Positions 13,335 through 25,544 of a DNA stretch of 38,583 nucleotides are shown here, in pieces. How positions within the stretch are numbered: the stretch's first letter is position 1; each line of letters starts with the position of its first letter. Source of the DNA: Squatina squatina. Lineage: Eukaryota. A model generated the notes under the pieces. It worked only from the letters and a program-made list of their open reading frames with translations, was not told the origin of the DNA and searched no databases. The position numbers were made by a program, and so were the translations under genes. The stretch spans positions 9,855,119 through 9,893,701 of the forward strand of contig JARFOE010000192.1 of the NCBI GenBank assembly GCA_031763465.1, in the 5' to 3' direction.

Positions 13335-15604
13335 TGCCAATAAAAATCGATTTTTGTTTTCTACGGGACGGTTTGGGCACACAAAGTTTGTTNNNNNNNN
13401 NNNNNNNNNNNNNNNNNNNNNNNNNNNNNNNNNNNNNNNNNNNNNNNNNNNNNNNNNNNNNNNNNNNNNNNNNNNNNNNNNNNNNNNNNNNNGCACCATA
13501 ATCCTGACAGCAGGAGCTAGCATTGATGGTTCATGCAACACTGTGTTTCCAAGACTACCGACTGATAGTTTTTATATTGTCAGTACTGCTTCCTTTATCC
13601 TTCTTTGTAGGTGATCTTATCCTCTCAGCAGTTTGCCGGCTAATTTCATGCTTTATTAGAGAATCTTTGCATTCAGCAAAGCAACAGCCATCTGATCAAT
13701 CTGAACAAGGCGCCATGACTGGCAACCAGTTATTTTCATTTGACCTTTGTAAAGCCCCAGCATGACCTCAGGGAATAGTAAAGGATCGCGCATTCCTCTT
13801 GTGGTCTCTAGTCATTCGCAATAAATAGTTAATGAACAGTATGATTCTTTGAACAATACTCAGCCAAGAGAAGGAGTAAACAATGGCACATCATTGTAAC
13901 AGCAGCAAAGATGCAAAGTGACCATTTAATAGGGTTGTATAGTACATGGTTACTTACAAATATATTTTTTTTCATCACTTTAATTTGAAACACTTTTACT
14001 GTACCTTATTAACAAAGAGACAGTGACAAAAGATTTGTCCTTAGTTTATCAAAATTACCTTAATGTTGTACTCAATTACTTTTCTGGCTTGTGAGTAAAC
14101 AACTTNNNNNNNNNNNNNNNNNNNNNNNNNNNNNNNNNNNNNNNNNNNNNNNNNNNNNNNNNNNNNNNNNNNNNNNNNNNNNNNNNNNNNNNNNNNNNNN
14201 NNNNNCTTTCTCTGTTCTCGTACTGAGCTGGGGAAGATCGTGTCAGCACCCTAACTACTAAATTCCCTATCACGACTGCATTTATAGCTGCATTATAATA
14301 TCAGCTTGTCTATGCTTCCCTCCTTACACCTAATTCCTACTCTGACCAAATTCTCGGTTTGTAAATTCTTACTCTCACTCTGCTCCCACCTCACTCACTC
14401 TGTAATGAGATCTTGGCTTGAGCTTTCATCTACTTTTTTCAAAAGTGAATAACATACAGAATCTTTCTGACACCATGAACGATCCATATGGCAATGCAAT
14501 ACCACAATTACAATCTTGAAAAATTCACATCCTGTATGGTAAACTACCCCATTAGCAGGAAGATTTAAACAAGACGACGAGGTTTACTTCGTGATCATGC
14601 ATTTCTGTTGAAAAGTTACAACTATTGGCTCCATCTGTTCCTGCAGAGTTACAATCTGAAAATCTATAGCTACACATTCCACAGGACATCTGGGCCACAT
14701 TCTAACACCATCATTAGACAGCTTTCATGATTAACTAAAAATGAAGAACATTTAAAGACTAACAAATGCACTTTTTCATTGTACAGCCAGACCTCGTTGC
14801 TGAACTAAATCCCTACAATCAGTTTATTTTCCCTGCATAATATTTTGAGCATTTATTTTATAAATAACAGAGGAAATTAGCAGGCCACTAGTGCATAATA
14901 CACAAAGGTGTTGGATGGAATTTACTGATTTAGGAATTCCATTTGCGCAGTTCGGATAGGAATAGCATTTTGTTCTTTGCCAAAAATGTTTTAGTGTGTT
15001 ACAATTNNNNNNNNNNNNNNNNNNNNNNNNNNNNNNNNNNNNNNNNNNNNNNNNNNNNNNNNNNNNNNNNNNNNNNNNNNNNNNNNNNNNNNNNNNNNNN
15101 NNNNNNTGCAGATACAGCTTTTCACCAGAGCAAAGCAACACAATTTTGTGTGTGTTGCTGCTACATGCTTACATCGTAAAACATGGGGGAGGGGAGAGAG
15201 GAAGTCATTTTGGTCCTTGAAGTACTGTCAATTGCATTTTATATTGTTTAGCTCTTGTCTAAGTGGTTTTATAATGACTTTAATAAGAGCACATTTTCAG
15301 TTGAGACACAGCACCACACCACTAAATTACCTTTTGTTTGTTTTGGTTCAAATTTCTCCTCTAAAAGCAAATTTCTCTGTTTAGCAGGAAATGCTAACCC
15401 TCACCTGACATAAAAGTTGAAGCAGAGCCAAGTTTTCAATTGCACTATTGACCTCTGGCTCAACAATTTCAGTGCTTTGGATCTGGGTTCAAGTTTGATG
15501 GGCTGGGGCCTGTTCAAGGCAGACTGCCCAAAAATCCTAACCCAAATACGGTTGGCTCACTCCTGCCACCTTATCTTTGTGGAGAGATTTTAAAAAAAAA
15601 ATTC

Positions 15605-15990
15605 TTCAGTTTTTCTCACTTCGCCTGAAGGCACCAACTCTCACTGGGCTACATGAGTGCTGGCACCCTCCGGTACCGCTCCCAAGTGGCTAATCTTCAC
15701 ATACAAACCGAGACAGTGAGTGTCATCAGGCTGTTTTGAATGTTGGTAGTTGCATTATCAAGCAGTCCTCACTCAACATCCACATGCTTGTTGCTAGCAG
15801 GATTCCTGGTTAGTGATCAGGAGTGGGAACCCTGACGGAATTTTCTATTCTCTCTCCCCTCCCTCGCCCTACGGCACTAAGGCCCATTGTTGTGTCCCAA
15901 CTGGTGCCATTGCTGAGATCAACTCATCCAGCATAGGCCGGTTTGGAACCTGGGACCATCCTAGAGTGTATTTGTTTTGGTACTACATCT
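15605..15990 (-). mobile_element. tRNA-derived SINE-like repeat (fullest copy)
   Basis: B-box-like GGTTCCAAACC on the minus strand at about 15940-15950. Parts recur at 7430-7590, 7600-7740, 16760-16850 and 22300-22500. Confidence 0.55.
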
Positions 15991-16190
15991 GATGTATTTT
16001 CCCAATACTCTGTAAGGGGAGTACACCCTGGTTGATTTGAATTGTAATAGTTATCTGATCTATCCTCCCAGTTATTACAGGGTAATGCCTTCTTAGCAGT
16101 GGGATGCTTTATTTAAAACACACTGGTGGCCAGCTGATGCGCTCAGCTTAAGTGAAATGCATTTTGTAATGTTTCTGTTTCATTTTTCAG

Positions 16191-16313
16191 GAATTTGTGG
16201 CTCATTTCCATGTGCTTTTGCCACAAGGCACCGTCTCTTCTCCGTGCAGTATCAGGGAGTTCGTAAGAAATGTGAACCTCAATACAACCAGTTATCAAGT
16301 AGGCGAAACAATG
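16191..16313 (+). CDS. Isolated exon of a class IX myosin (MYO9-like), end of motor domain/converter region
   Basis: Strong acceptor tgtttctgtttcatttttcAG and donor GTatgt. 123 nt, phase 0/0, no stop. EFVAHFHVLLPQGTVSSPCSIREFVRNVNLNTTSYQVGETM aligns without gaps to my recollection of MYO9A DFVSHFHVLLPRNIIPSKFNIQDFFRKINLNPDNYQVGKTM. Confidence 0.78.
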
Positions 16314-17137
16314 GTATGTTACAGTTTAACGTTATGAAACAGCCGAAGCACTTGCTCATTCGAATCCGATATGCACAGATCATAAAAGCTGCTACGGAAA
16401 TTCATATTAATTGGAAAACATAAGGTGCGCATCTGTGCCCTACTGTGTAGTGCTTACGGAAAGATCATATTGTTCAGATTATGAAATTTATTTTACAATC
16501 CAAATCTGTCTCTTGTAACCTCTGCAAAAATGATGCTACTTTAAATTATACTGAGGATTGTAAGAATATCTCGAAAGTCTATTTTTACTTCAAAAAAAAA
16601 AAAATCCCTGTTTCTCCCTCTTTTGGTTTTCTGAAGGCATTAATCCATGCTGGGGATGACTAAAGCCAGCAGCTTTCCTACACCAGTGTTATTTTTTGAG
16701 CCTGGATGGTGGCTCTTGATGGTAGATTGCACATTTGGGACATTGCATTTTACCGTGATGCTGTCCCCACCCAATGCCCACATGCACACTTTCCAGCGAG
16801 GGTCACTGGACAGTGAGCAGGAACCCCAGTTGAGATTTTTCCCCCCTAAGTATTCTCATCTTTATTTACAATCCCCCATTGCCTTACCCCATTTTACCTT
16901 GGCACCTATCTCCAGCCCTAAACCTCTCTGCTGTGCTGCATCACTCCCAACTTTAAGAGTCTTTGACTATGCTTTAGCTCCCCTCCTCTGACTATTTTTT
17001 CAGCTTCTGTTCGCTGTCCCCATTCAAACCATTTTGTCCCTTTCTCCCTCTCGGATGTTTTGCTACATTAAAGGTTCTGTACGAGGGGAATCTGTTGTAA
17101 TTTTTCAATTGACTGATGTCTGAGAGTATTTACTTGT

Positions 17138-17140
<3 letters not shown>

Positions 17141-17178
<38 letters not shown>
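17141..17178. repeat. (TC)n microsatellite at a contig end
   Basis: Uninterrupted tc repeat running into the N gap. Confidence 0.95.
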
Positions 17179-18584
17179 NNNNNNNNNNNNNNNNNNNNNN
17201 NNNNNNNNNNNNNNNNNNNNNNNNNNNNNNNNNNNNNNNNNNNNNNNNNNNNNNNNNNNNNNNNNNNNNNNNNNNNNNACTGAAAATTTACCGCAAATCT
17301 GTATCGTGATCCAAAATTTTAAAATGCTCAATGGAGAACAGTCATGTTGGCTGCTATAAGGCATTGAGAGATATTAAACCATGACTATTCATAGGAAGTA
17401 ATCTGGTAATCTGAACATGAATCTGTAGATGTGAAAACCATAGCATAATGGGGCTGGGTTGGAGGTGGGAGAGGGAGAGGAGTGCAAAAGTAAAGTTATT
17501 AATGACATATCTGCATCTCTTAAGTTTTGAGTCATATGGTGGGTAGGAAAAATTTATTCATGGTCACATCTGTACACTTACTCTCATTAACAGACAACTG
17601 ACTTGCAAGAGGAATGCAAAAATGTCTATTACACATCCCTGCATCCACTCCCATTGATTAACAATGACATCATGAGAGAGAAGAACTGCATTTTGCATTG
17701 GGAACAATGTGTTTCGCATATGCTGTTCTAATTCCCTTTTGTTTTCATTGGAAATGAAAGTCCCTTCTGTTTTCTAACTACTTAATAACATAAGTCTTCT
17801 CTCTCTACCATTGTCTTCCTAGTTCAGTTAAATGAAACAGGGTGGGATGATTTTTAACTCACAATGGGTTTCCAGTGGGAACCTGCCCTGGGAATCAATT
17901 TCCTGTCTGTCTGTGGCAGAATGAGGCCACGCCAATTTTGATGCTGGGCCTCATTAACATGCTGCCAGCTGACTTCTCACTTGAAGTGGACAGGAAGTGG
18001 TGGCCAACCTGTGGAACATTCCTTGGCCGCCTGCCAGTACTCAGGCAAAAGTAGGGATGGTGTTTCGTGGGGCATCTTGTGGAAGGAAAGGGGGAGTCCA
18101 GGGCTGATGGGACCTATATTTTCCTACTCCTCCTGGCCCTACAAAGGAAAGTTAAAAACTTACCAAATTGGCCTCTTTTGCTTTAATCCTCTTCTGACCG
18201 GCCTTCACTTGGCAGGAAAACCGCAGTGACTTCCCCACTCAGGCTGGAGTTAAAATTGCAGTTGGGACCCGATGACGTCATAATGCCACGATATGCATAT
18301 TTAAAGAAGGACCACACCTGCTTTGGGCAGGCAACTTAACCATCTGTCCAAATATGCATGTAAAACTCAGAAATAACAGAATCCAGGAGGGACATCATCG
18401 GATGCATCACCCGGTGGATTTTAATTGCTTCCTGGGCAGGTAGTGTTAAAATGCACCCCAGGATGTCTTTATAAAAATGACAAAGAATTAACGTTCTTCT
18501 GTGAGTCACATGATCCTATTCCTGCAATTGTCCTGAGTTAAAAACTACACCTCAGTCAAAATCTGTTAATTTTGTCGTGAGCCG

Positions 18585-18680
18585 GAAGATTTGAGTATCG
18601 AGTCCAATGAGGTCATGGATTACTTCATCTCTAAGATTAAGCTCTGTAAAGCTCCTTCTGAAGCAAACCCCTCTGTTCTC
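18585..18680 (+). mobile_element. Degenerate L2-like ORF2 fragment
   Basis: NEVMDYFISKIK resembles the L2 'FFxxKIxxIR' segment, also seen as FTKIETFRSAAS at about 10510-10550. Confidence 0.35.
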
Positions 18681-18686
18681 CTCCAA

Positions 18687-18761
18687 TTTCTTCACCCAGA
18701 GAGTGGTGGACCTGTGGAATTCTCTACCACAGAAGACAGTAGAGGCCAAATCATTAAATAT
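18687..18761 (+). mobile_element. CR1 LINE ORF2 C-terminal fragment
   Basis: Encodes FFTQRVVDLWNSLPQKTVEAKSLN; near reverse complement of 870-950. Confidence 0.8.
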
Positions 18762-21700
18762 NNNNNNNNNNNNNNNNNNNNNNNNNNNNNNNNNNNNNNN
18801 NNNNNNNNNNNNNNNNNNNNNNNNNNNNNNNNNNNNNNNNNNNNNNNNNNNNNNNNNNNNNGGCCGTGCCGGTTGAAGGCACGGCCACCAATGGTGGGGC
18901 AAAGGAAGTGGGAGGTGCACAAGAGGAACGCAGAGTTCTCAGAGGGTTACACGTCTTAACTGAGAATTTCTTTAGAGCTGCTCCTGTTTCATTGGCATCA
19001 CTTTGTTAGAAATTCGGCAGAAAAAGCACGTAAACATGGATTCCATCAGACTTCCATGAAGTCACGGCGGTGAAGCATAAGCAGCTCTGAGGAAGTCCCT
19101 GGCCATTGTTTAAAAAGGTGTTTGTGCTTCTATAGTATTTATTGCAATATGTGTTCCACTTGTCAATTCTGGCTTCCCTCTTCTGTCTGGTCTCATAATC
19201 AAAATGCAAAATGAGATTTATTACAATGTGATCTGGGTTACAACCTCTATTCAATTACTTTAATTAACTTCCACAATCATTCTTGCATGAGTCAGTAAAC
19301 TTCCTCAACAGGGTTGAAAGATGAAACCCATTGCATCATTAAACAAAATTGGACATATGCACTCACAATCATTGCATCAGATCTGGGATTCAATTTGTAC
19401 GTTACAGCCACATTTGCCTTCTGTGGCATTAAATTTCATGTGAGCCAGAATGAATTTCAAACCATCTTCTTTTACCCATTAGAGAGTAGTGTTCATAAAT
19501 AATAAGAGTAACAGTAAATGCCACACATGGAAACTTGGGCTGATAAGAATTACAAATCATTGCCACAGTGTTGCCCTGTTTAAAATTTGTTTTGATTTGC
19601 AAAGCAAATTTTTCCAACATGTAAAGAGGTCGTTTGACAGATGACACATTAGCTGCCTTACTATAGGTATATATATGTTGCTGTAAACGTAAGGTTACTG
19701 TTCACACTTTTCAACTGCAAAACTATTTTAGCAATGTGTTGCTCTGGCTCATCACACATGGTAATGATTCAAAGTTGATGGTCTCTAATTTTCACTTAAT
19801 CTGATCCAGGTTAAATGTTTTATCATCAACCCTTGGGGATTGGTAAAAGGAAACAGGGAAGCTGTGTTTGCAAAGCCGAACATAATAGCATAGCAAATAA
19901 CTATTGCTTTGTACTTCTTAGATTAATTCATTTGTATTTTTTTTTAAATAATTTGGTATAGTAGTATTTCTATCATGTAATCATTCAGATGTTTGATTTC
20001 ACTGGTATTCAACAGTTCAGGCTGATAGTTCCTCATCATGCCCGTCACATTGGTGATGGCTGAACAATATTCCCATTTTCACTAAATTTGCTACCTTAAA
20101 ATACCATGAAAGTTGCTTTAAACAAACAAGTCTTCACCTTAAAACCCGGTACTCTGCAGTTGCATCTTATTAAATGCTAAGAATGTCGTGAACTATTTTT
20201 AGTTTGTGCTAGTTTGTGTCAGAGAGAATCTAATAAATGAAGGACAATATCTCACATTTGGAAAGGTATTTTGTATATAGCATTGATGTATCACGTAACT
20301 GAAAGACGGCGAAAACAGCTATTTTTACAATTGAACCGCATTCCTGACATTCATCGTCAGTCACAGCCTCCAGAAAAAGTCATTCTGTCCTTATTACGAT
20401 CTTCATTTCGCCTGCAAAAGAAAATAAGATTTTTTAGTGCTGATTATTTGTCTTACTCTTTGTGCATTTGATGCCTTTCCTTTTGGTTGCTTAAATTTAA
20501 AAATGTCACATGCAAAATATGTTTTGCCCTTTGCTATTGATAAATCAATAAAGCTCTGTAGAAGATAAAAAGAAACTCCTGTCTATTATCTGATATAGGA
20601 CCACAGAAACCAGCTCTGCCCGTTTATGTCAAGCTATTAAATTGTATTTGCCATACTTCAAATAACCAGAACAGCTGAACCTAACCAGACTTCTAGATTC
20701 TTATCTTCTTTCTCTGCACTTCAGAGCTGCCAGCATCAGGGAAATGTTCGAAGTAAGATTTGTGACGTACATAAAACTTATATAGTGGATGTAAAGGGTC
20801 ACAAATGCAATTCTAAAGATATACTGTACAACTACTACAGATTACACGCACCAAGATTGATGATCACAAAAATAAATTGTTGTTGACTCCTTCGTTCACA
20901 CTGAATCCAGGTAAACTTTGAAACATTGGCCCTGAAATTGCGATCCCCCGGGTGGGTACGATGTTCCCACGCACCCGGGGGGACCTCGCAAGTGCCGAAT
21001 CTGGGGCTGTTCTGTGCATGCCCGCGGATCCGGCACTTGCGATCAGTCAAGATTTTTCTTGACTGATCCAACGCTTAGGCAGGAAAAAGATTTCCATAGC
21101 GCAGCTTTGCAAGATTTTCTCCACGCTTGCACTGGAAATCTCTTTAACGTTTTTACGCATGGTAAAACCTGGCATATATGCTTGGTTTTACCAGTGTACG
21201 AGTTGTTAAAAAGGTTCNNNNNNNNNNNNNNNNNNNNNNNNNNNNNNNNNNNNNNNNNNNNNNNNNNNNNNNNNNNNNNNNNNNNNNNNNNNNNNNNNNN
21301 NNNNNNNNNNNNNNNNNCATGCACATATTTGGTTGTTTTAATCAAGAAAAGATGTAAGAGCACAAAAGTCATGTCAGCAGTCACTTCTTAGCTTTCTACT
21401 GACTTTCCAAGGAAGATTGCCTCCAAGGGAAGCATTCTGTTTCCTGCAATTTAAAACTTGACTCTGTTAAAGCATTCAAAGTACAGTACGGTAATATACA
21501 CTGAACTACAAAATGAACGATGTATGTCATAAAGCTTACAAAAATATTGTTTTTTTTTAACTGCTTTAAATTCACAATGATGGCTTTTATTGCAGCTTAC
21601 AGATGATGGGTTTAAAAGACAGAGGTTCAATTATTAAAACAGTCCAGGTTAAAGTTTCTCTTTCTGCTTCAGTATTCCAGTTTGTCAAGAAAAAAATAAT

Positions 21701-22835
21701 GTTAAGTAGTAAGTCTCCTTAGAATTCAAACCACTTAAAATATCAGAAATGAAATTTGTCCTGTTTATAACATAATTTATTTTATGTGACATACCAATGC
21801 ATATTAGTTCCTGAATACTGCAGGTTTTTCCACTTAAACAAGCAATTTGTTTTTGCAGTTGGAAAATAATCATTGCAAGCTATTAAGAAGATAAGGTTCA
21901 ATGTTAGACAATTTATTACCATGACAAAATATCAATTATTGGGTTTTAGAAACATCCCTTTTACAACAGAGTAAAGCTCATTCTTGATGGGAAACATTTA
22001 TATTTCCTTTCTTACTGGGATGTCAATTATTCTTGATGGAAAAAGCAGAAAGATGGTTAAGGTCATACTTGTCATATAAAACAATGAAAAACCCATAGGC
22101 ACATAAATGGCACCATATGGATTATTAATCTTTAATCATTTTTAAATTAAAGTTATCTTGAAGCACACCAAATATTACAATAAGATATATCAAATTGAAA
22201 AGTTACATTGAAAGATATAATTCTCCCTCAGAGGCCTTGACTAATGAGAGGAATTATTAATGAGATTTCTCATTACTGTTGGTGAACCGCTGCAGGAATG
22301 TGCATGTACTTGATTGTCAGATGAGGGCAGTACCAGACACAGCTGTGATACCTTCCCATGTTTGACTAAACTACCAACAATCACTGCCTAGGTTCACACA
22401 TGAAGAAGGGTAATGTGCTCGAGGAAACTATACATTGACCTGTAGTTCTGTACCTCACAGGAAATCGATGCCCTTCAGGGAAGGAGGAGAGGGTAAAGGT
22501 GAGTACCCTCCCTCAAAAATAGTCCATTCACAGATTTCCAAGGGGTGGGACAATGTGCGTACAGGCTCAATTATACAAGAAGTGATCCGCAAACTCAATG
22601 AAAGCAGAAGGTAGATTGCGTCAGCGGGTTTCAGAGTGTCCGCAGCATGTACGTAAAGCTCAAGATGCAGTTAATTCATCTTTGGATCCACTTCAAAAGA
22701 ACAGGAATTTTTCAGAATAGAAGGCAATTGATCTCAAAAAGCCTATCGCTTTTGAATCCATCGACCCCATTGTCCTGCCTTTTCAGCATATCCCTCATTC
22801 GATTCTCTCTCTACAGGAGTATGGATCGCCTCTTT

Positions 22836-22906
22836 AAAAGAAAGATTTTATATAGCACCTTTCACAACCACCAGACACCTCAAAGTGCTTTACAGCCAAT
22901 GAAGTA
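22836..22906 (-). mobile_element. L2-type 3' tail (LINE or L2-dependent SINE)
   Basis: ttttatatagcacctttcacaacc...cacctcaaagtgctttacag parallels the tail at 10030-10080. Confidence 0.6.
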
Positions 22907-23660
22907 NNNNNNNNNNNNNNNNNNNNNNNNNNNNNNNNNNNNNNNNNNNNNNNNNNNNNNNNNNNNNNNNNNNNNNNNNNNNNNNNNNNNNNNNNNNNNN
23001 NNNNNNGTGAGTCCTACTGACGTCTCACCACCCCAACCAGGATTTCCACTTCATCCCTGCCCATCTCATGTAAATGGTGGCGAGGGGGCAGGTCGTGAGT
23101 TTTCAGTTACTGGTGGCATCCCAGAGCCGCTATGAGGCAGGTGGAGGCGGGCACCAGAAAGCGGTGGTAACTATCCTGATGTACCTCCATTGATGTTACT
23201 TACCCATTGAACGCCCTTGTTTCCAATATCTGGAGTGCTTCTGCCCCTTTAAGGTCCCTCACTGACTCTTCTGGTGATACAGGGGCATCCCCATTGCAAC
23301 ACAGCTGCATGTTCCTCCTTTGCACTTGTGGACTTCCTCTTGATGGGAAGAATCCTGCCAGGATCCCACCTTTCATAGTTAATGAGCCCAATCAGGAAAA
23401 TGAGTCAGGACTGGGGCGGATGCAGAGGGGCATGCAAAACCCCCACCCCACTGGAACTCCACCCCGATGAGGAGAATCCTCCCTAAATTGCATGCTTTGT
23501 GCAGTCATAAACCCCTCCTTCATTCATTTATTTCTAAATTAACCACTACTCCAGACTGTGTACTTTAGGTTCTTCTCTTGTTATATAACGGTAGAATGAT
23601 GGGTATAGTTGCAGCTTAAGTTGTGACCATATCCTACTGCATTTTCAGTCTAATTCCTTA

Positions 23661-23881
23661 GGGTAGATTTCCCTTTTTAGCGCTTGAACATAAAACATAA
23701 CATGGGTAGAGCACATATAGGAATATCAGGCGTGGAGAATTGCACACCTGTAACACAGCCCATAAATTTAGAAAATTGGACAAGCTGCCTTATGGATGTG
23801 TGATTCTCCATGCCTGATTGTCCTATATCCACTACATTCATGCTTGCTTTATGCCCAACTGCTAATGAGCGAAATCTGCCC
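23661..23881. mobile_element. Short MITE, PIF/Harbinger-like
   Basis: Left GGGTAGATTTCCCTTTTTAGC vs right reverse complement GGGCAGATTTCGCTCATTAGC (17/21). Flanks TTA / CTA are a near-perfect 3-bp TSD. Confidence 0.7.
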
Positions 23882-24454
23882 CTATCTTCACATACCATAA
23901 TGCCTATATTCAGGTCTGTTTTTGAGCTATCAGTTTTTTCTGTGGCAGTATGAGCTTTTGCTCATTTTCTAGGTTGGCATGTGTGTCTCTAGGGATCTGA
24001 TTAACTGAACTTCCTCTAGAAATTCTCAATGAGAAAGCTGTTTACTGGTAATAAAATAAGTGCCTTCTGTTTCACAGAGCTTCCTGCGCGATTACAAAAT
24101 AAACCAAAAATGAAACACTGAGTTCTACTGAGATCAGGCAGCTCTCAGAAGACAAAGGTAACCTTTCATATCCCATAATAAATTAAGATTGGTTGTACTC
24201 TAAGGCCAGGAAAGTTGAACTTCTCATAAGCCCACACTGGTTGCCATAACAACAAGCTCCATCACCTCATTCTTGATGTAGGGGGAATCTGGGGCTCCTG
24301 AATTCTCTCTCTCTTACTCCCCTTCCACAAATTACTGCAGCAACACATCTTCCAAACTGATGTAGATGGGAACCTGAGATTTAAATGAATTTAAACGAAT
24401 TTCAGGATATATGAATAACAGACCCAACTAGGTCCAATTTTTACCTCCATACTT

Positions 24455-24720
24455 CCAATTCCTGAGTCAAAATCATTTATGTATTCAGTAAACAACAGTG
24501 GCCCCAGCACTGACCTCTCTGAGACATATTTTCCACTTTCGGTCAGTCTCAGAAATGTTCCTTAACTCCTACCTTTTATTTTTTTGTTTCATAGTCATCT
24601 TTCAATCCATTCTGCTATCTGGCCCCTGACTCCACATGCCCTGAAATTTGTCATGAGTCCCTTATCTGGCACATCCACTACGTTCCCTTTGCCTCCTCTG
24701 TTATTTCTTCAAAGAATTCC
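24455..24720 (-). mobile_element. CR1 reverse-transcriptase fragment
   Basis: Reverse strand of about 24471-24515 reads SVLGPLLFTEYIND, the (QG)SVLGP RT motif. Confidence 0.72.
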
Positions 24721-25249
24721 ATAATCATAGAATAGTACAGCACAGAAGGCGGCCATTCAGCCCATTGAGTCTCTGTCAGGTCTTTCAAAGAACAATCCAG
24801 TTAGTCCCACTCTTCTGCTCTTTCCCGATATCCCTGCAACTTTTTCTCCATCAAGTATTTATTCAGTTCCCTTTTGAAGGCTATTATTGAATCTGTATCA
24901 ACCACCCCGTCAGGAAATGCATTCCAAATACTAACCACTCATTGCGTAAAAAATCTTTTCCTCATGTCGCCTTTGGNNNNNNNNNNNNNNNNNNNNNNNN
25001 NNNNNNNNNNNNNNNNNNNNNNNNNNNNNNNNNNNNNNNNNNNNNNNNNNNNNNNNNNNNNNNNNNNNNNNNNNNNGGGGTAGATGATTCCAAATATTCA
25101 CCACCCTCTGAGTGAAGAAGTATCTCTTCATCTCCGTTCTAAATGACCTACCCTTTATTTTAAGACTGTGGTCCCTGGTTCCGGACTCCCCAGTCGGCAG
25201 AAACACCCTCGCTGGAAACAGTTTCTTTTTATTTACGCTATCTAAACCA

Positions 25250-25544
25250 TTCAGCTGGAATTTTCTGGGGTGGTAGCGGGTACGATCGGTGGCGGGTTGA
25301 ATGGGAAAGTTGTTACTTTTGACAGTGGGTCAGGAACCTGCTGTCATCTCGCTCCCACGTGTCTTTCCTCCAGGCATGTCTTCATCGTGGAGCCGACCCC
25401 CCCAGCAGTGGCGGGGGACCCAACTGAGATGATTATCAGGTAGTTTAGAGGCATTTAAGAGCCTTTTTCCACTTAATTTTTAAATTTTCCTGCATGGCCA
25501 CGGGATTCACGCAGCTCGGGAAGGTAAAGAAAATACCGGCTGAA
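25250..25544. mobile_element. MITE-like insertion in CR1
   Basis: Imperfect TIR TTCAGCTGGAATTTTCT / AGAAAATACCGGCTGAA (15/17). CR1 sequence resumes on both sides. TSD not resolved. Confidence 0.65.

Noticed and set aside
16157-16423. 88-aa ORF MHFVMFLFHF...
   Set aside because: Wrong frame. The splice sites and myosin similarity are in the frame starting at 16191.
16625-16663. gttttctgaag as the next MYO9 exon (VFLK)
   Set aside because: No AG acceptor, needs a frameshift, and the following residues do not match.
19311-19400. GLKDETH...YALTIIASDL, faintly like the MYO9 RhoGAP segment
   Set aside because: Few identities and no matching exon boundaries; consistent with chance.
22598-22720. 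MKAEGRLRQRVSECPQHVRK..., faintly like a GIY-YIG (Penelope) helix
   Set aside because: No GIY or YIG motifs and a stop just upstream; too weak.
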